32,000 nucleotides of DNA, from assembly GCF_008065095.1 (NCBI RefSeq), contig NZ_CP042911.1, positions 1,440,001-1,472,000 on the forward strand. Reading direction: 5' to 3'. The notes below the pieces were generated by a model. It had not been told where the DNA came from, did no database searches, and was given only the letters and a program-made list of their open reading frames with translations. The position numbers were made by a program, and so were the translations under genes. Below are positions 24,658 to 32,000 of the stretch, piece after piece. This DNA comes from Gemmata obscuriglobus. GTDB lineage: Bacteria; Planctomycetota; Planctomycetia; Gemmatales; Gemmataceae. The first letter of the stretch is position 1, and the number at the start of each line of letters is the position of its first letter.

Positions 24658-24721
24658 GTGGCACAGACATTCCTGTCTGTGCGGCCTTCAGTCGCCGCAC
24701 AGACAGGAATGTCTGTGCCAC
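24658..24721. repeat. perfect 28-bp-arm palindrome whose arms are themselves hairpins
   Basis: The sequence is gtggcacagacattcctgtctgtgcggc-cttcagtc-gccgcacagacaggaatgtctgtgccac. Within each arm, cacagaca-NNNN-tgtctgtg is self-complementary. Confidence 0.9.
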
Positions 24722-24812
24722 AAGAAACAGACACAACCACCCGGCCCGTTCGGAGGTGTGGGTGCCCGCACCTCCGAACGGGCCGTGACCGAGCCACGGC
24801 CGCGGTCCGGCA

Positions 24813-26096
24813 TCAAGCGATGCGGTCGATGGTGAGCGTCGCCCCCGCACCAGGCGCCAGCGTCATCACCAGGGGGGTGGCGCTGTTGTTCCGGAGCGTA
24901 ACCACATCGCCGGCAGCGAAGGTCACTGTCGTATCGAGTACGACCTGCCCGGTGGCCGTGAGCAGCGGGGTCGACCCGGGGCGCGAGGAGCCGTTGACCG
25001 CAAATGCGATCGCCGCACCCACGCCGGCGGTGTAGTTCAAGATCGCGGTCAGCCGGTACGTTCCGGTCGTATTGACCGTGAAGGTGGTGGTCCCGGCGGT
25101 GTGCGTAACATCACCGCTGATGGCGGCGCCGTTGTTCGAGAAGGGAACGTCGGCCCCGCCAACAACGGTCGAGTCGGCAATGGTGGCGAGCTGGTAAGCC
25201 GAAAAACTCGCCGACACGCCCGCGCCGTTCGTGCCGTTCGTGCCCGCCGGCCCTTGCAGCCCTTGCGGCCCCTGCGGCCCTTGCGCGCCCGGGGCGCCAT
25301 CCACGCCATCCGCACCATCCGCTCCGGCCGGTCCCGCCGGCCCTTGCGGTCCCGCGGGGCCGGTGCCCGTGGGCAGCAGGCCGCGGATCGCGAGGTCGAA
25401 GTACTCGGCCGTAGCGACGAACCGTGACGCGATCACCTCGACGCGCACCCCGGACTGTAACTGGCCGACCCAGTTGCTCACGCCGGCGCTTTCCCCCGTG
25501 CGGCCGAGCAAATCGACGTACAGCTCGTTCACCACCCGGGTGGCGCGCTCCTGGCTCGCGTACACGTCGCGGGCCACCTGCAGGCGCGACACACCGGACT
25601 GGAGCTGGGCCGTCCGGGTCGCCAGCTCGCCGCTCCCGATGTCGCGCCCCAGGGCGGCCTGGTAAAGCGCGCTCAGGTAGCCCGCGTTGGTGCCGCCGCC
25701 CTTGAGCTGGAAGAACTCGTCCGAGGCGGCGATGGCGGCCCGGATCTGGTCCTGCGTCATCCCCTGGCGCAGGCCGGTGATGAAGCCCGCGGCCCGGTCG
25801 CCCGGCGCGCGGCCGAGCAGCTCGGCGAACGCTTCGGTCACCTTGAACGCCTGGCCCTCGTCGGAGTTCTGAATCTCAAGCGCCACCTGTGCGGACGTCG
25901 CGCCGGCGTCGAGCCGCTGGGCGTAGTACACCTTCCCGGTTTGGTCGATGTCGCGGCCCAGGAACTCGCGGTACGCGGGGTCGATCGTCACCACGTCCGC
26001 GGCGCTCGGGACCGACCGATCTTCGAGGGCCTCGAATCGCAGGGGGGAAGCGGCGCGGGGGGCTTGGGGCGCTCGGCGGGTGCTCCAGAACTTCAT
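24813..26096 (-). CDS. secreted-type protein with four DUF4214 repeats, a collagen-like GXY tract and a BclA/C1q-like C-terminal domain
   Basis: ATG at 26096 in ORF 24813..26210(-). The N-terminus is MKFWSTRR...[12 protein letters not shown]. There are four [YF]xxxLGRxxxxxG repeats. The collagen tract is [46 protein letters not shown]. The C-terminal beta domain ([13 protein letters not shown]...AVNGS...[12 protein letters not shown]...LTIDRIA) resembles exosporium BclA. Confidence 0.75.
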   Translation of the reverse strand: MKFWSTRRAPQAPRAASPLRFEALEDRSVPSAADVVTIDPAYREFLGRDIDQTGKVYYAQRLDAGATSAQVALEIQNSDEGQAFKVTEAFAELLGRAPGDRAAGFITGLRQGMTQDQIRAAIAASDEFFQLKGGGTNAGYLSALYQAALGRDIGSGELATRTAQLQSGVSRLQVARDVYASQERATRVVNELYVDLLGRTGESAGVSNWVGQLQSGVRVEVIASRFVATAEYFDLAIRGLLPTGTGPAGPQGPAGPAGADGADGVDGAPGAQGPQGPQGLQGPAGTNGTNGAGVSASFSAYQLATIADSTVVGGADVPFSNNGAAISGDVTHTAGTTTFTVNTTGTYRLTAILNYTAGVGAAIAFAVNGSSRPGSTPLLTATGQVVLDTTVTFAAGDVVTLRNNSATPLVMTLAPGAGATLTIDRIA

Positions 26097-26181
26097 CAGA
26101 AACCCTTTCGATTTCGGAGACTCAGGGGTGTTGACCACTCGGGTGCCTACTTGCGTTCGCGAGTCGCTCAGGCGGTACAGG

Positions 26182-26210
26182 AAACTAGATCGCGAAGCCG
26201 AAGTGGTCAA
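26182..26210 (-). promoter_or_regulatory. candidate sigma70-like promoter TTGACC-N17-TAGTTT for 24813..26096
   Basis: The minus strand reads TTGACCacttcggcttcgcgatcTAGTTT, about 85 nt upstream of the ATG. This is a pattern match only. Confidence 0.3.
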
Positions 26211-26363
26211 TAAATTAGCGCCGTAAATCGTTGTTAGCGCTGCTCTTGTGATGAAGGATGATAATTCGCGCCGTGGCGCAATCTGAATGGCGCTGCTCGT
26301 CAGCGGTGCGGCCCCGCGCCCGCCGCGGTCTCAGACATGAACCCATCTGCGGTGTCGCTTGTG

Positions 26364-26429
26364 TTGACGAGCCGCGACCGCCAGGGATCGGTGCCACGTA
26401 CCCGCTCCCTGGCGGTCGCGGCTCGTCAA
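26364..26429. repeat. 24-bp-arm palindromic element, copy 1
   Basis: The sequence is ttgacgagccgcgaccgccaggga-(18 nt)-tccctggcggtcgcggctcgtcaa. A near-identical element lies at 27004-27069, and the flanks are also related (gtgtcgc...gaaagcgaca). Confidence 0.85.
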
Positions 26430-26620
26430 GAAAGCGACATCGCAGGTGGGCACGTGAATTCGGAACGGGGAGCTTGGCGCGACGGGGGCGGCTCGGACGT
26501 GACGAGGCGTGGACCGGCCGCGTGACGGGCGAAGCGCCGCCGCGGGATCGCGAGAGGTGATCGAAACGCTGCAGTTCTGTAAACGGGCGAGTCGCGGGGA
26601 GAGGAGGTGCGGTCCGGCTT

Positions 26621-26809
26621 CTAACGGGTTGTTGCTACCGTGGTGCCTTGCTTGGACCACCACGGGGCCACCCGCCAGACGCAGGTGTGGCAGGCGCGGC
26701 ACCGCAGCGCGTGGACGCACACCAGCCGCAGGGCGCGGAGCTTCGGGTTGCGCCGCAGCCAGAAATCCCGGCTCTGACACTTCGGACACGATCGGCTGAA
26801 ACCAAGCAT
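26621..26809 (-). CDS. candidate small zinc-ribbon protein (62 aa)
   Basis: The sequence is MLGFSRSCPKCQSRDFWLRRNPKL...CRACHTCVW, with CPKC...CRAC pairs. GC-rich third codon positions are consistent with coding. An AT-rich stretch lies upstream at 26810-26910. No homology was recognised. Confidence 0.3.
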   Translation of the reverse strand: MLGFSRSCPKCQSRDFWLRRNPKLRALRLVCVHALRCRACHTCVWRVAPWWSKQGTTVATTR

Positions 26810-27003
26810 GTTATTGTCCTAGGTGAAATTCAGGGCGGTTTTCATCCTTGTACTCACACATACCGAACAAGTCGAGTTGAATTAAGCTTTTTTAATTTGC
26901 CTCTCCGCGGTCGTGATATTGCACGCCGGCTGCCGCAGCTCACGTCTCGGACCGCGGCAAGGGGCTTGTTTCATACACGTACACGGTGGTCGTGTCGCAT
27001 TTC

Positions 27004-27069
27004 TTGACGAGCCGCGACCGCCGGGAGCGGTGGCACGTACCGCGCTCCCTGGCGGTCGCGGCTCGTCAG
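27004..27069. repeat. 24-bp-arm palindromic element, copy 2
   Basis: The sequence is ttgacgagccgcgaccgccgggag-(loop)-ctccctggcggtcgcggctcgtcag, with one arm mismatch. Confidence 0.8.
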
Positions 27070-27824
27070 AAAGTGACACCCACGGCGGGCTCATGTATCA
27101 GGCCCCGTTACACGTGCCCGGTGCCATCAGATAGATGGGGAGCGTTACGGCTCCGGGTCACGAGTCGTCCGGTCAGCAAGTCGTAACGTCACGAACCATC
27201 ATTCACACCGGATCTGTGACCTTACGACTTTCGACGATCGGACTTTTGACCCGAAGTCCTTCCGGGTTCGGGTTAAACCGGGCGTTTCTCGGCGTTACCG
27301 GTTCCGGGCGAAGTGGCGAGCCGCGCGAGTGATCCGGACTTTGTACCGCATCGGCCCCCAAGTTGGAACCGGAATCGGAAGTAACCGCATTGGGCCGGTC
27401 GATTCTCGGTCGCCCGGGGAGCCGGGAATCCCTTCGGTACCGGCTTCCGGTGGGGCAACAACGGGACATTAGCTGTCGGTTCGGGGGCCGTTCGCTGGTC
27501 GCCCGCTACCACGGAATCCCGGTGTTAAAACCCGGAATGGTGGCCGAACGCGAACCGGCCGGAACCGAGAATACCACGCCCGCCGCGACGTAACGTGCTG
27601 TTTGTGTGAGGATTTGCGGAAAGTTGCTCGCGGCGGTGGTGCCGCGGCTTCCGGCCCCGGCCGGTCTCGATCGCCCCTCTCCGAGGGGAGTCGAACTTCC
27701 GGTAGCGATTCCGGAGTTCGACCGGATGGAGCTGGGTGCCCGTACCGGGACATGAGTTCCGCCCCGCGCGCCCCGTGCCCTCCGTGTAACCGGGGCACGA
27801 CCCGCCGTCTCGTCGTTCACGTCT

Positions 27825-27841
27825 CGCTGCCATCGGCCGGG
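27825..27841 (+). promoter_or_regulatory. copy 4 of shared motif CGCTGCCATCGGCCGGG, 21 nt upstream of the ATG at 27863
   Basis: Exact 17-mer identical to 960-976 and 14104-14120. Confidence 0.5.
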
Positions 27842-27862
27842 GGTAACACGGAGCCCCGACCC

Positions 27863-28468
27863 ATGCGCCACCTTCTTGTGCCCGTCCTCGGACTGCTCGC
27901 GCCCGCCTGGGCGGTTGCCCAGCCGCCCGCGCCCCAGACCATCGACCAGCTCGCCGACCAGATCGCGGGCATCCGGCGGCAGCGCGCCGAACTCGACAAG
28001 GCCGAGGGCGCGGCGCTGGCCGGGATCGCCGCCGAGCTGAAGCGCCAGCGCGAGCTGCTGGAGAAGCTCGGCATCGACGGCCCCGCGCCGAAGCCGCCCG
28101 CGCCCCCGGCGCCGCCCGCCCCCGCGGACCCGCTGCGGGCGCGGCTCAAGGTGGCGCTCGACGCCGGCGCCGGCACCGCCGCCGAGAAGGCCGAGTGGGC
28201 GCGGGACCTGGCCGCGCTGTACCGGGCCGCCGCCAAGCTCACCGCCGAGCCCGGGCTGACCACCGCCGGCACGCTGCGGCAGAAGCTCAAGGAGGCCGCC
28301 GCCGCGCTGATCGGCGAGGCCGCGCTGCGCGAGGTGCGGCAGGCGGTCGCGGCGGAACTGGCCGCCGTGCTCCCCACCACCGACGCGGACCTCACCGCCG
28401 AGCAGCGGGCCGCGGCCGGGGAGCTGTTCCGGAAGCTGGCCGCGCACCTGGACGAACTGGCGAAGTGA
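27863..28468 (+). CDS. secreted Ala-rich helical protein, unknown function
   Basis: ATG at 27863 in ORF 27602..28468. The N-terminus MRHLLVPVLGLLAPAWAVAQ is a signal peptide. The rest is helical/coiled segments around a PAPKPPAPPAPPAP linker. Confidence 0.6.
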   Translation: MRHLLVPVLGLLAPAWAVAQPPAPQTIDQLADQIAGIRRQRAELDKAEGAALAGIAAELKRQRELLEKLGIDGPAPKPPAPPAPPAPADPLRARLKVALDAGAGTAAEKAEWARDLAALYRAAAKLTAEPGLTTAGTLRQKLKEAAAALIGEAALREVRQAVAAELAAVLPTTDADLTAEQRAAAGELFRKLAAHLDELAK

Positions 28469-28533
28469 GCCGCCGCGGTTCCCGAAACGAACCCGTCCGC
28501 CCCACTTTCTTAACCCCCAACACGGAACCCCGA

Positions 28534-29691
28534 ATGAGCACCGACATCATGCGGCAACCGGACCCGGAGCGCCGGGAGCGGCTCCGCCGGCTGGCAATCC
28601 TGGCCCTGAAAATCATTCTGCCGCTGGTGCTCGGCACCGGCGTCGGGGTGCAGGTCGCGCCCGAGCGGGTGCGCGAGGTCGAGGTGCCGGCCCCGGCCCC
28701 GGTGAGCCCGCGGGCAGAGGAGTTCGAGTACGTGCCCACGCAGGGGTGGGTGCGCGACGACGACGCGATCCGCGCCAACCTCGATCCGGCGCGGACCCTG
28801 CACTTCGACGCGACCCCGGCGGGCCGGGCCGCGCTGGGCGACGACGACGTGTACCTGTGGCGCGCGGTGCGCCGGGCCGCGCGGCTGCCCGAGTCGGCGT
28901 ACCCGAACGTGAACCAGCAGAGCGTCGGGTGCTGCGTGGGGTGCGGGTGGAAGCACGCGTGCGACGTGGTGCAGGCCACCGCCATCGCCCAGGGGGCCGC
29001 GTTCGAGTGGAAGCCGGTCAGCGCGGAGGTGATCTACGCCGGCTCGCGGGTGCGGGTGGGGAAGGGGCAGATCAGCGGGGACGGCTCGGTCGGGGCGTGG
29101 GCGGCGCAGTGGTGCCGGGACTTCGGGGTGGTGCCGATGGAGCGGCACGCGCCCGCCGACCTCACCGCCTTCAGCCCGGCGCGCGCCCGCCAGTGGGGGC
29201 AGCGCGGGGTGGGGGTGCCCGACCAGTTGGAGGCGCTGGCGAAGGCGCACCCGGTGAAGCAGACGGCGCTGGTGCGGTCCGCGGCCGACGTGAAGCGGGC
29301 GCTGGCCCAGGGGTACCCGGTGGCGGTGTGCAGCGACCAGGGCTTCACGATGAGCCGCGACGAGCAGGGCTTCGCCCGGCCCCAGGGCAACTGGGCGCAC
29401 TGCATGAGTTTTATTGCGTGGCGCGGCGGGACCCGGCCCGGGGCGTTCTGCCTGAACTCGTGGGGCGACGCCGCGCACACCGGCCCCGTGTGGCCGCCGG
29501 ACGCCCCGGCCGCCGGGTTCTGGGTCGATGCCGCCGTGGTCGATCGGATGGCCCGCCAGGGGGACAGCTTCGCCCTCTCCGACGTGCAGGGGTTCCCCGC
29601 GCGGCGGGTGCCGATCGACTGGTTCGTGAGCCGCGCGCCCGGGGGCCGCGACGGGGCCGGGCGGCCGGCACTCGGCGCGCTGGCGTGGTGA
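28534..29691 (+). CDS. membrane-anchored papain-like (C1-type) cysteine peptidase
   Basis: ATG at 28534 in ORF 28195..29691. There is an N-terminal TM segment (LAILALKIILPLVLGTGVGV). NQQSVGCCVGCGW supplies the oxyanion Gln and catalytic Cys. GNWAHCMSFIAW supplies the His. FCLNSWGD is the N-S-W-G block. Confidence 0.6.
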   Translation: MSTDIMRQPDPERRERLRRLAILALKIILPLVLGTGVGVQVAPERVREVEVPAPAPVSPRAEEFEYVPTQGWVRDDDAIRANLDPARTLHFDATPAGRAALGDDDVYLWRAVRRAARLPESAYPNVNQQSVGCCVGCGWKHACDVVQATAIAQGAAFEWKPVSAEVIYAGSRVRVGKGQISGDGSVGAWAAQWCRDFGVVPMERHAPADLTAFSPARARQWGQRGVGVPDQLEALAKAHPVKQTALVRSAADVKRALAQGYPVAVCSDQGFTMSRDEQGFARPQGNWAHCMSFIAWRGGTRPGAFCLNSWGDAAHTGPVWPPDAPAAGFWVDAAVVDRMARQGDSFALSDVQGFPARRVPIDWFVSRAPGGRDGAGRPALGALAW

Positions 29692-29767
29692 GCCGCGTAA
29701 CCTCGGGCCGGCGCGGGTCCGCCCCGCGCCCCTTCTGGTGTCTGAAATTCCTTGGGAGGTTGAGATC

Positions 29768-30505
29768 ATGCGAACCGTGTACCGCTCGGCGCTGGGCGCC
29801 GCGCTCCTGATCGCCCTGGCCGCCCCGGCGCGTGCGGCCGACCCCGACGCCGCGCGGGACCGCCGCGCGCGGGTCGCGCTGGCGCTGACCGGCACGCCCG
29901 CGGGCGCCCCGGCCCCGGCCCCGCGGGCGGTCGTGAAGGACTACGCCGCGGGCTACAAGGCGGCGGCCGAGTCGTCCCGGCCGCTGGTGGTGTTCGTGGG
30001 GTGCAAGGAGCCGCACCCGGCCCCGGGGGCGGTGGTCGCGCGGACCGACGCGCTGGGCGACGTGACCGGCCCCGCGGCGGTGGTCGGCTACCCGGTGGGC
30101 GGCACGCTGTTCGTCCACACGGTCATGGCGTGCCCGGTCGAAGACGGTGCGCTCAAGACCGCGATCGACGGGGCGGCGAAGAAGATCGACCGCCCGGCGC
30201 CGAAGCCCGCCGGCGACAAGCCCGCGCCGAAACCGCTGAGCTGGGAGATCCGCGCGGCCGCCCCGCCGACGTGCCCGGATTGCGAGACCTGCCCCCACTG
30301 CGGGAAGAACCTGAAGGACACGCCTGCGAAGGCCGTGGATGCCGAATGCTGGGACCGCGACGGCTTCCCCCTGCGGCGCACCGCGCGGGGCACCTACGAG
30401 CGAGTTCCGGGGGCGGCGGCGGTCGCGGCGCCGGACCCGCCGCCGATTTCCGGTCACCCGCTCGCACCGAGCTGCCCGAACGGGCGCTGCCCGCTGCCCC
30501 GCTGA
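29768..30505 (+). CDS. secreted protein with a C-terminal Cys cluster, unknown function
   Basis: ATG at 29768 in ORF 29738..30505. MRTVYRSALGAALLIALAAPARA is a signal peptide. The later Cys cluster reads CPDCETCPHCGKNL...SCPNGRCP. Confidence 0.55.
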   Translation: MRTVYRSALGAALLIALAAPARAADPDAARDRRARVALALTGTPAGAPAPAPRAVVKDYAAGYKAAAESSRPLVVFVGCKEPHPAPGAVVARTDALGDVTGPAAVVGYPVGGTLFVHTVMACPVEDGALKTAIDGAAKKIDRPAPKPAGDKPAPKPLSWEIRAAAPPTCPDCETCPHCGKNLKDTPAKAVDAECWDRDGFPLRRTARGTYERVPGAAAVAAPDPPPISGHPLAPSCPNGRCPLPR

Positions 30506-30661
30506 CCCGTGTTATGGGTGCGGGTTTTCCCGGTTCGACCTGGGGAAAGCCCGGGTAGCCGGAAGCTCGGAAAATGCGATCATTCACACCCGCGTGTTCG
30601 TGTACTCATGCCGCTCGCCCCGGTGTACTCAGTTCCTTACCCACAATTCATTAAGGTCGCG

Positions 30662-31222
30662 ATGAGTTACCGGGGAGTTGCGCACGAGGTCGGCGGGTCG
30701 CTTTCGTCCGCGGTGCGGTTTCACGGCACACCCGCCTGGGCCGATGCGGGCGCGTCGTCCGGCCGAGCCGAGGGGCCGGTGCGTCCGATCCCGGGTGAGG
30801 GCGAATGGCCCCAGCAGGAACTCGACGCCCGCAGCCCCGCGCCGCCCGTACCGGGCGCGGGGGGCCTGACGGTGCTGGTCGTGGACGACGACCCGGACGT
30901 GCTGAACCTGATCGCTATCGTGCTCCGCCGGGCCGGGCTCGAAGTGGTGACGGCCCCGTCGGGGGCCCAGGCGGTCGCGGCGTACCGGGCCGGGATCGAC
31001 TTCGCGCTGATCGACATCCGGATGCCCGTCCAGGACGGCCCCCAGACGCTGGCCGCGCTCCGGCGGCTCTGCCCGCACCTGCGGGCGGCGTTCGTGTCCG
31101 CTTCGCCGGACGCGCTCGAGCCCTCCGCGGTGCGTGCGCTCGGCGCGTCGGCGGTCATCCGCAAGCCGTTCCCGAGCCTGGACGCCTTCGTGGCCCAGGT
31201 GCGGGCGCTCGCCACCTGCTGA
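30662..31222 (+). CDS. single-domain response regulator (CheY-like receiver) with an N-terminal extension
   Basis: The receiver signature is LTVLVVDDDPD...FALIDIRMPVQDG...AFVSAS...VIRKPF. The start is uncertain; in-frame candidates are 30509, 30608 and 30662. Confidence 0.7.
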   Translation: MSYRGVAHEVGGSLSSAVRFHGTPAWADAGASSGRAEGPVRPIPGEGEWPQQELDARSPAPPVPGAGGLTVLVVDDDPDVLNLIAIVLRRAGLEVVTAPSGAQAVAAYRAGIDFALIDIRMPVQDGPQTLAALRRLCPHLRAAFVSASPDALEPSAVRALGASAVIRKPFPSLDAFVAQVRALATC

Positions 31223-31461
31223 CGCCGGCGGGCGGTAGAATGCCCGCATGATTCACTTCCGGTGCTGGTTCTGAGACGGCACCAAGCGGACGGATCGCCC
31301 TAACATCTTACACTGAATCACTTACGGCACAACGCCAAAGCGGTACTGTATTGCCGTTCATCATGAAAAATACCGGAGAAAATGGCGGTTGTGCGTCGAA
31401 AGGTGTGGCAACTGCCATACCTGCCACATGTACACTTATTACCTTGTTCCAACTCGGTGCG

Positions 31462-31490
31462 CGAAACGAAAACACCCGGCATGGGCCGGG
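31462..31490 (-). terminator. candidate rho-independent terminator for 31513..31980(-)
   Basis: The minus strand has the stem CCCGGC-CCAT-GCCGGG followed by TGTTTTCGTTT, just downstream of the gene's stop. Confidence 0.4.
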
Positions 31491-31512
31491 CGAATGGTGC
31501 GGAAAGAGTGGG

Positions 31513-31980
31513 TCAGGAATACCGTTCTAAGAGTCTGTCGAAAGTCCCTTTGGCGTCTGGGGGCATCCAATTCCACTCTCCGACACACTCAAGCATTTTC
31601 TTCACCATCTGCTCCCGAGTCAGAATTAGTACGGCTTCCGCACGATACGTTTGCAGGTACACATCACGAGGGTAGAACCTCTGTAAAACTCCATCGAATA
31701 TTATGTCATCTGTGACTTCGACCCAAGAATGCGGGATAGGAACAAGCGGCCAATCCGGCGGCCAGTAGAATCCCTGCGCGAAGCGAATGCGTTCCGCAGA
31801 AAACGGTGAGGGTGCGGGAGCGTTATCGAGCACAAAATAAAAGGCTCGCTCGTGGCAACGCGTTGGGTAAACATAGGCTGGGGTGACGCGTTTCCACCTT
31901 ACGCCGGTGTCAATCTCGTACCCGTCGAATGGGTCAGTGCGTGCTGCAAAAAAGGCACTTCGCTTCTTTCGCGTCATCAT
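31513..31980 (-). CDS. hypothetical protein (155 aa) in an AT-richer segment
   Basis: The composition looks like a real protein (MMTRKKRSAFFAARTDPFDGYEIDTGVRWKRV...WPPDWPLVPIPHSWVEV...). The overlapping (+) ORFs 31382..31675 and 31389..31715 look less protein-like. Confidence 0.5.
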   Translation of the reverse strand: MMTRKKRSAFFAARTDPFDGYEIDTGVRWKRVTPAYVYPTRCHERAFYFVLDNAPAPSPFSAERIRFAQGFYWPPDWPLVPIPHSWVEVTDDIIFDGVLQRFYPRDVYLQTYRAEAVLILTREQMVKKMLECVGEWNWMPPDAKGTFDRLLERYS

Positions 31981-32000
31981 GCTCGCTGGCCTCTGGAATC

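Noticed and set aside
27030-27044. A sigma54-type promoter, TGGCAC-N5-..GC, in the loop of palindromic element copy 2.
   Set aside because: - The match is only to the minimal GG-N10-GC pattern.
- The sister element at 26388-26405 carries the TGGCAC on the other strand without a -12 GC.
- The nearest downstream (+) gene is about 800 nt away.
- It is probably incidental loop sequence.
27130-27862. A tRNA, tmRNA, RNase P or SRP RNA hidden in the non-coding region. The prompt was a T-loop-like hairpin, tccgg-agttcga-ccgga, at 27710-27726.
   Set aside because: - The loop is out of register with the GTTCRANNC T-loop consensus.
- No acceptor, anticodon or D arms could be built around it.
- I found no GAGGAAAGTCC (RNase P), tmRNA 3-prime tRNA-like end, or SRP GGAA/AGCA motifs on either strand.
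- Only a covariance-model scan could settle this.
31382-31715. The plus-strand ORFs 31382..31675 and 31389..31715.
   Set aside because: - They overlap each other and the more protein-like minus-strand ORF 31513..31980.
- Their sequences are Cys/His/Arg-rich without any pattern.
- A terminator-like hairpin for the minus-strand gene lies inside them.

Overview
The window is high-GC and probably comes from a Gemmata-like planctomycete. Evidence for that is a DUF1559/prepilin-type gene, heptamer-repeat and G/C-palindrome repeat families, and Thr-rich linkers.

Layout:
- 1-353 (-): 5-prime end of a bacteriophytochrome gene.
- 466-955: cluster of REP-like hairpins.
- 978-10242 (+): tightly packed siphovirus-like structural operon. 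It runs prohead protease/scaffold, head protein, major capsid, connector/neck genes, tail tube, a G/GT chaperone pair with a CCCAAAA slippery site, tape measure, and tail-tip protein. No terminase, portal, integrase, repressor or recognisable lysis genes are present in the window.
- 9732-11937: the tail-tip gene's 3-prime part and a convergent lipoprotein gene are tandemly duplicated. The centre is a divergent cassette and the junction carries a relic of the DUF1304 gene.
- 12043-14011: a lipoprotein, a small membrane protein and DUF1304.
- 14123-19857 (+): a Cys/Thr-rich modular protein, an 825-aa GT-GT-methyltransferase-zinc-ribbon enzyme, a small RcGTA-type spike-base-like protein, and a LamG+SGNH esterase.
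- 20044-23111 (-): three acyltransferase-3 genes. One is visibly AT-richer and one is a frameshifted remnant.
- 23670-26096: DUF1559 protein, nested palindromes, and a DUF4214/collagen/BclA-like protein.
- 26215-27862: about 1.6 kb that appears non-coding and is repeat-rich.
- 27863-31222 (+): secreted protein, membrane-anchored papain-like peptidase, secreted Cys protein and a CheY-like regulator.
- 31513-31980 (-): AT-richer hypothetical gene.

Strongest sequence-level signals:
- An exact 14-nt motif, TGCCATCGGCCGGG, lies just upstream of four (+) transcription-unit starts, in different reading frames.
- A TTCRCR-N17-TAMCCT promoter-like motif occurs four times on the minus strand.
- The mosaic tail-tip/lipoprotein duplication.

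Many long ORFs in the track are antisense or off-frame artefacts of the high GC content.
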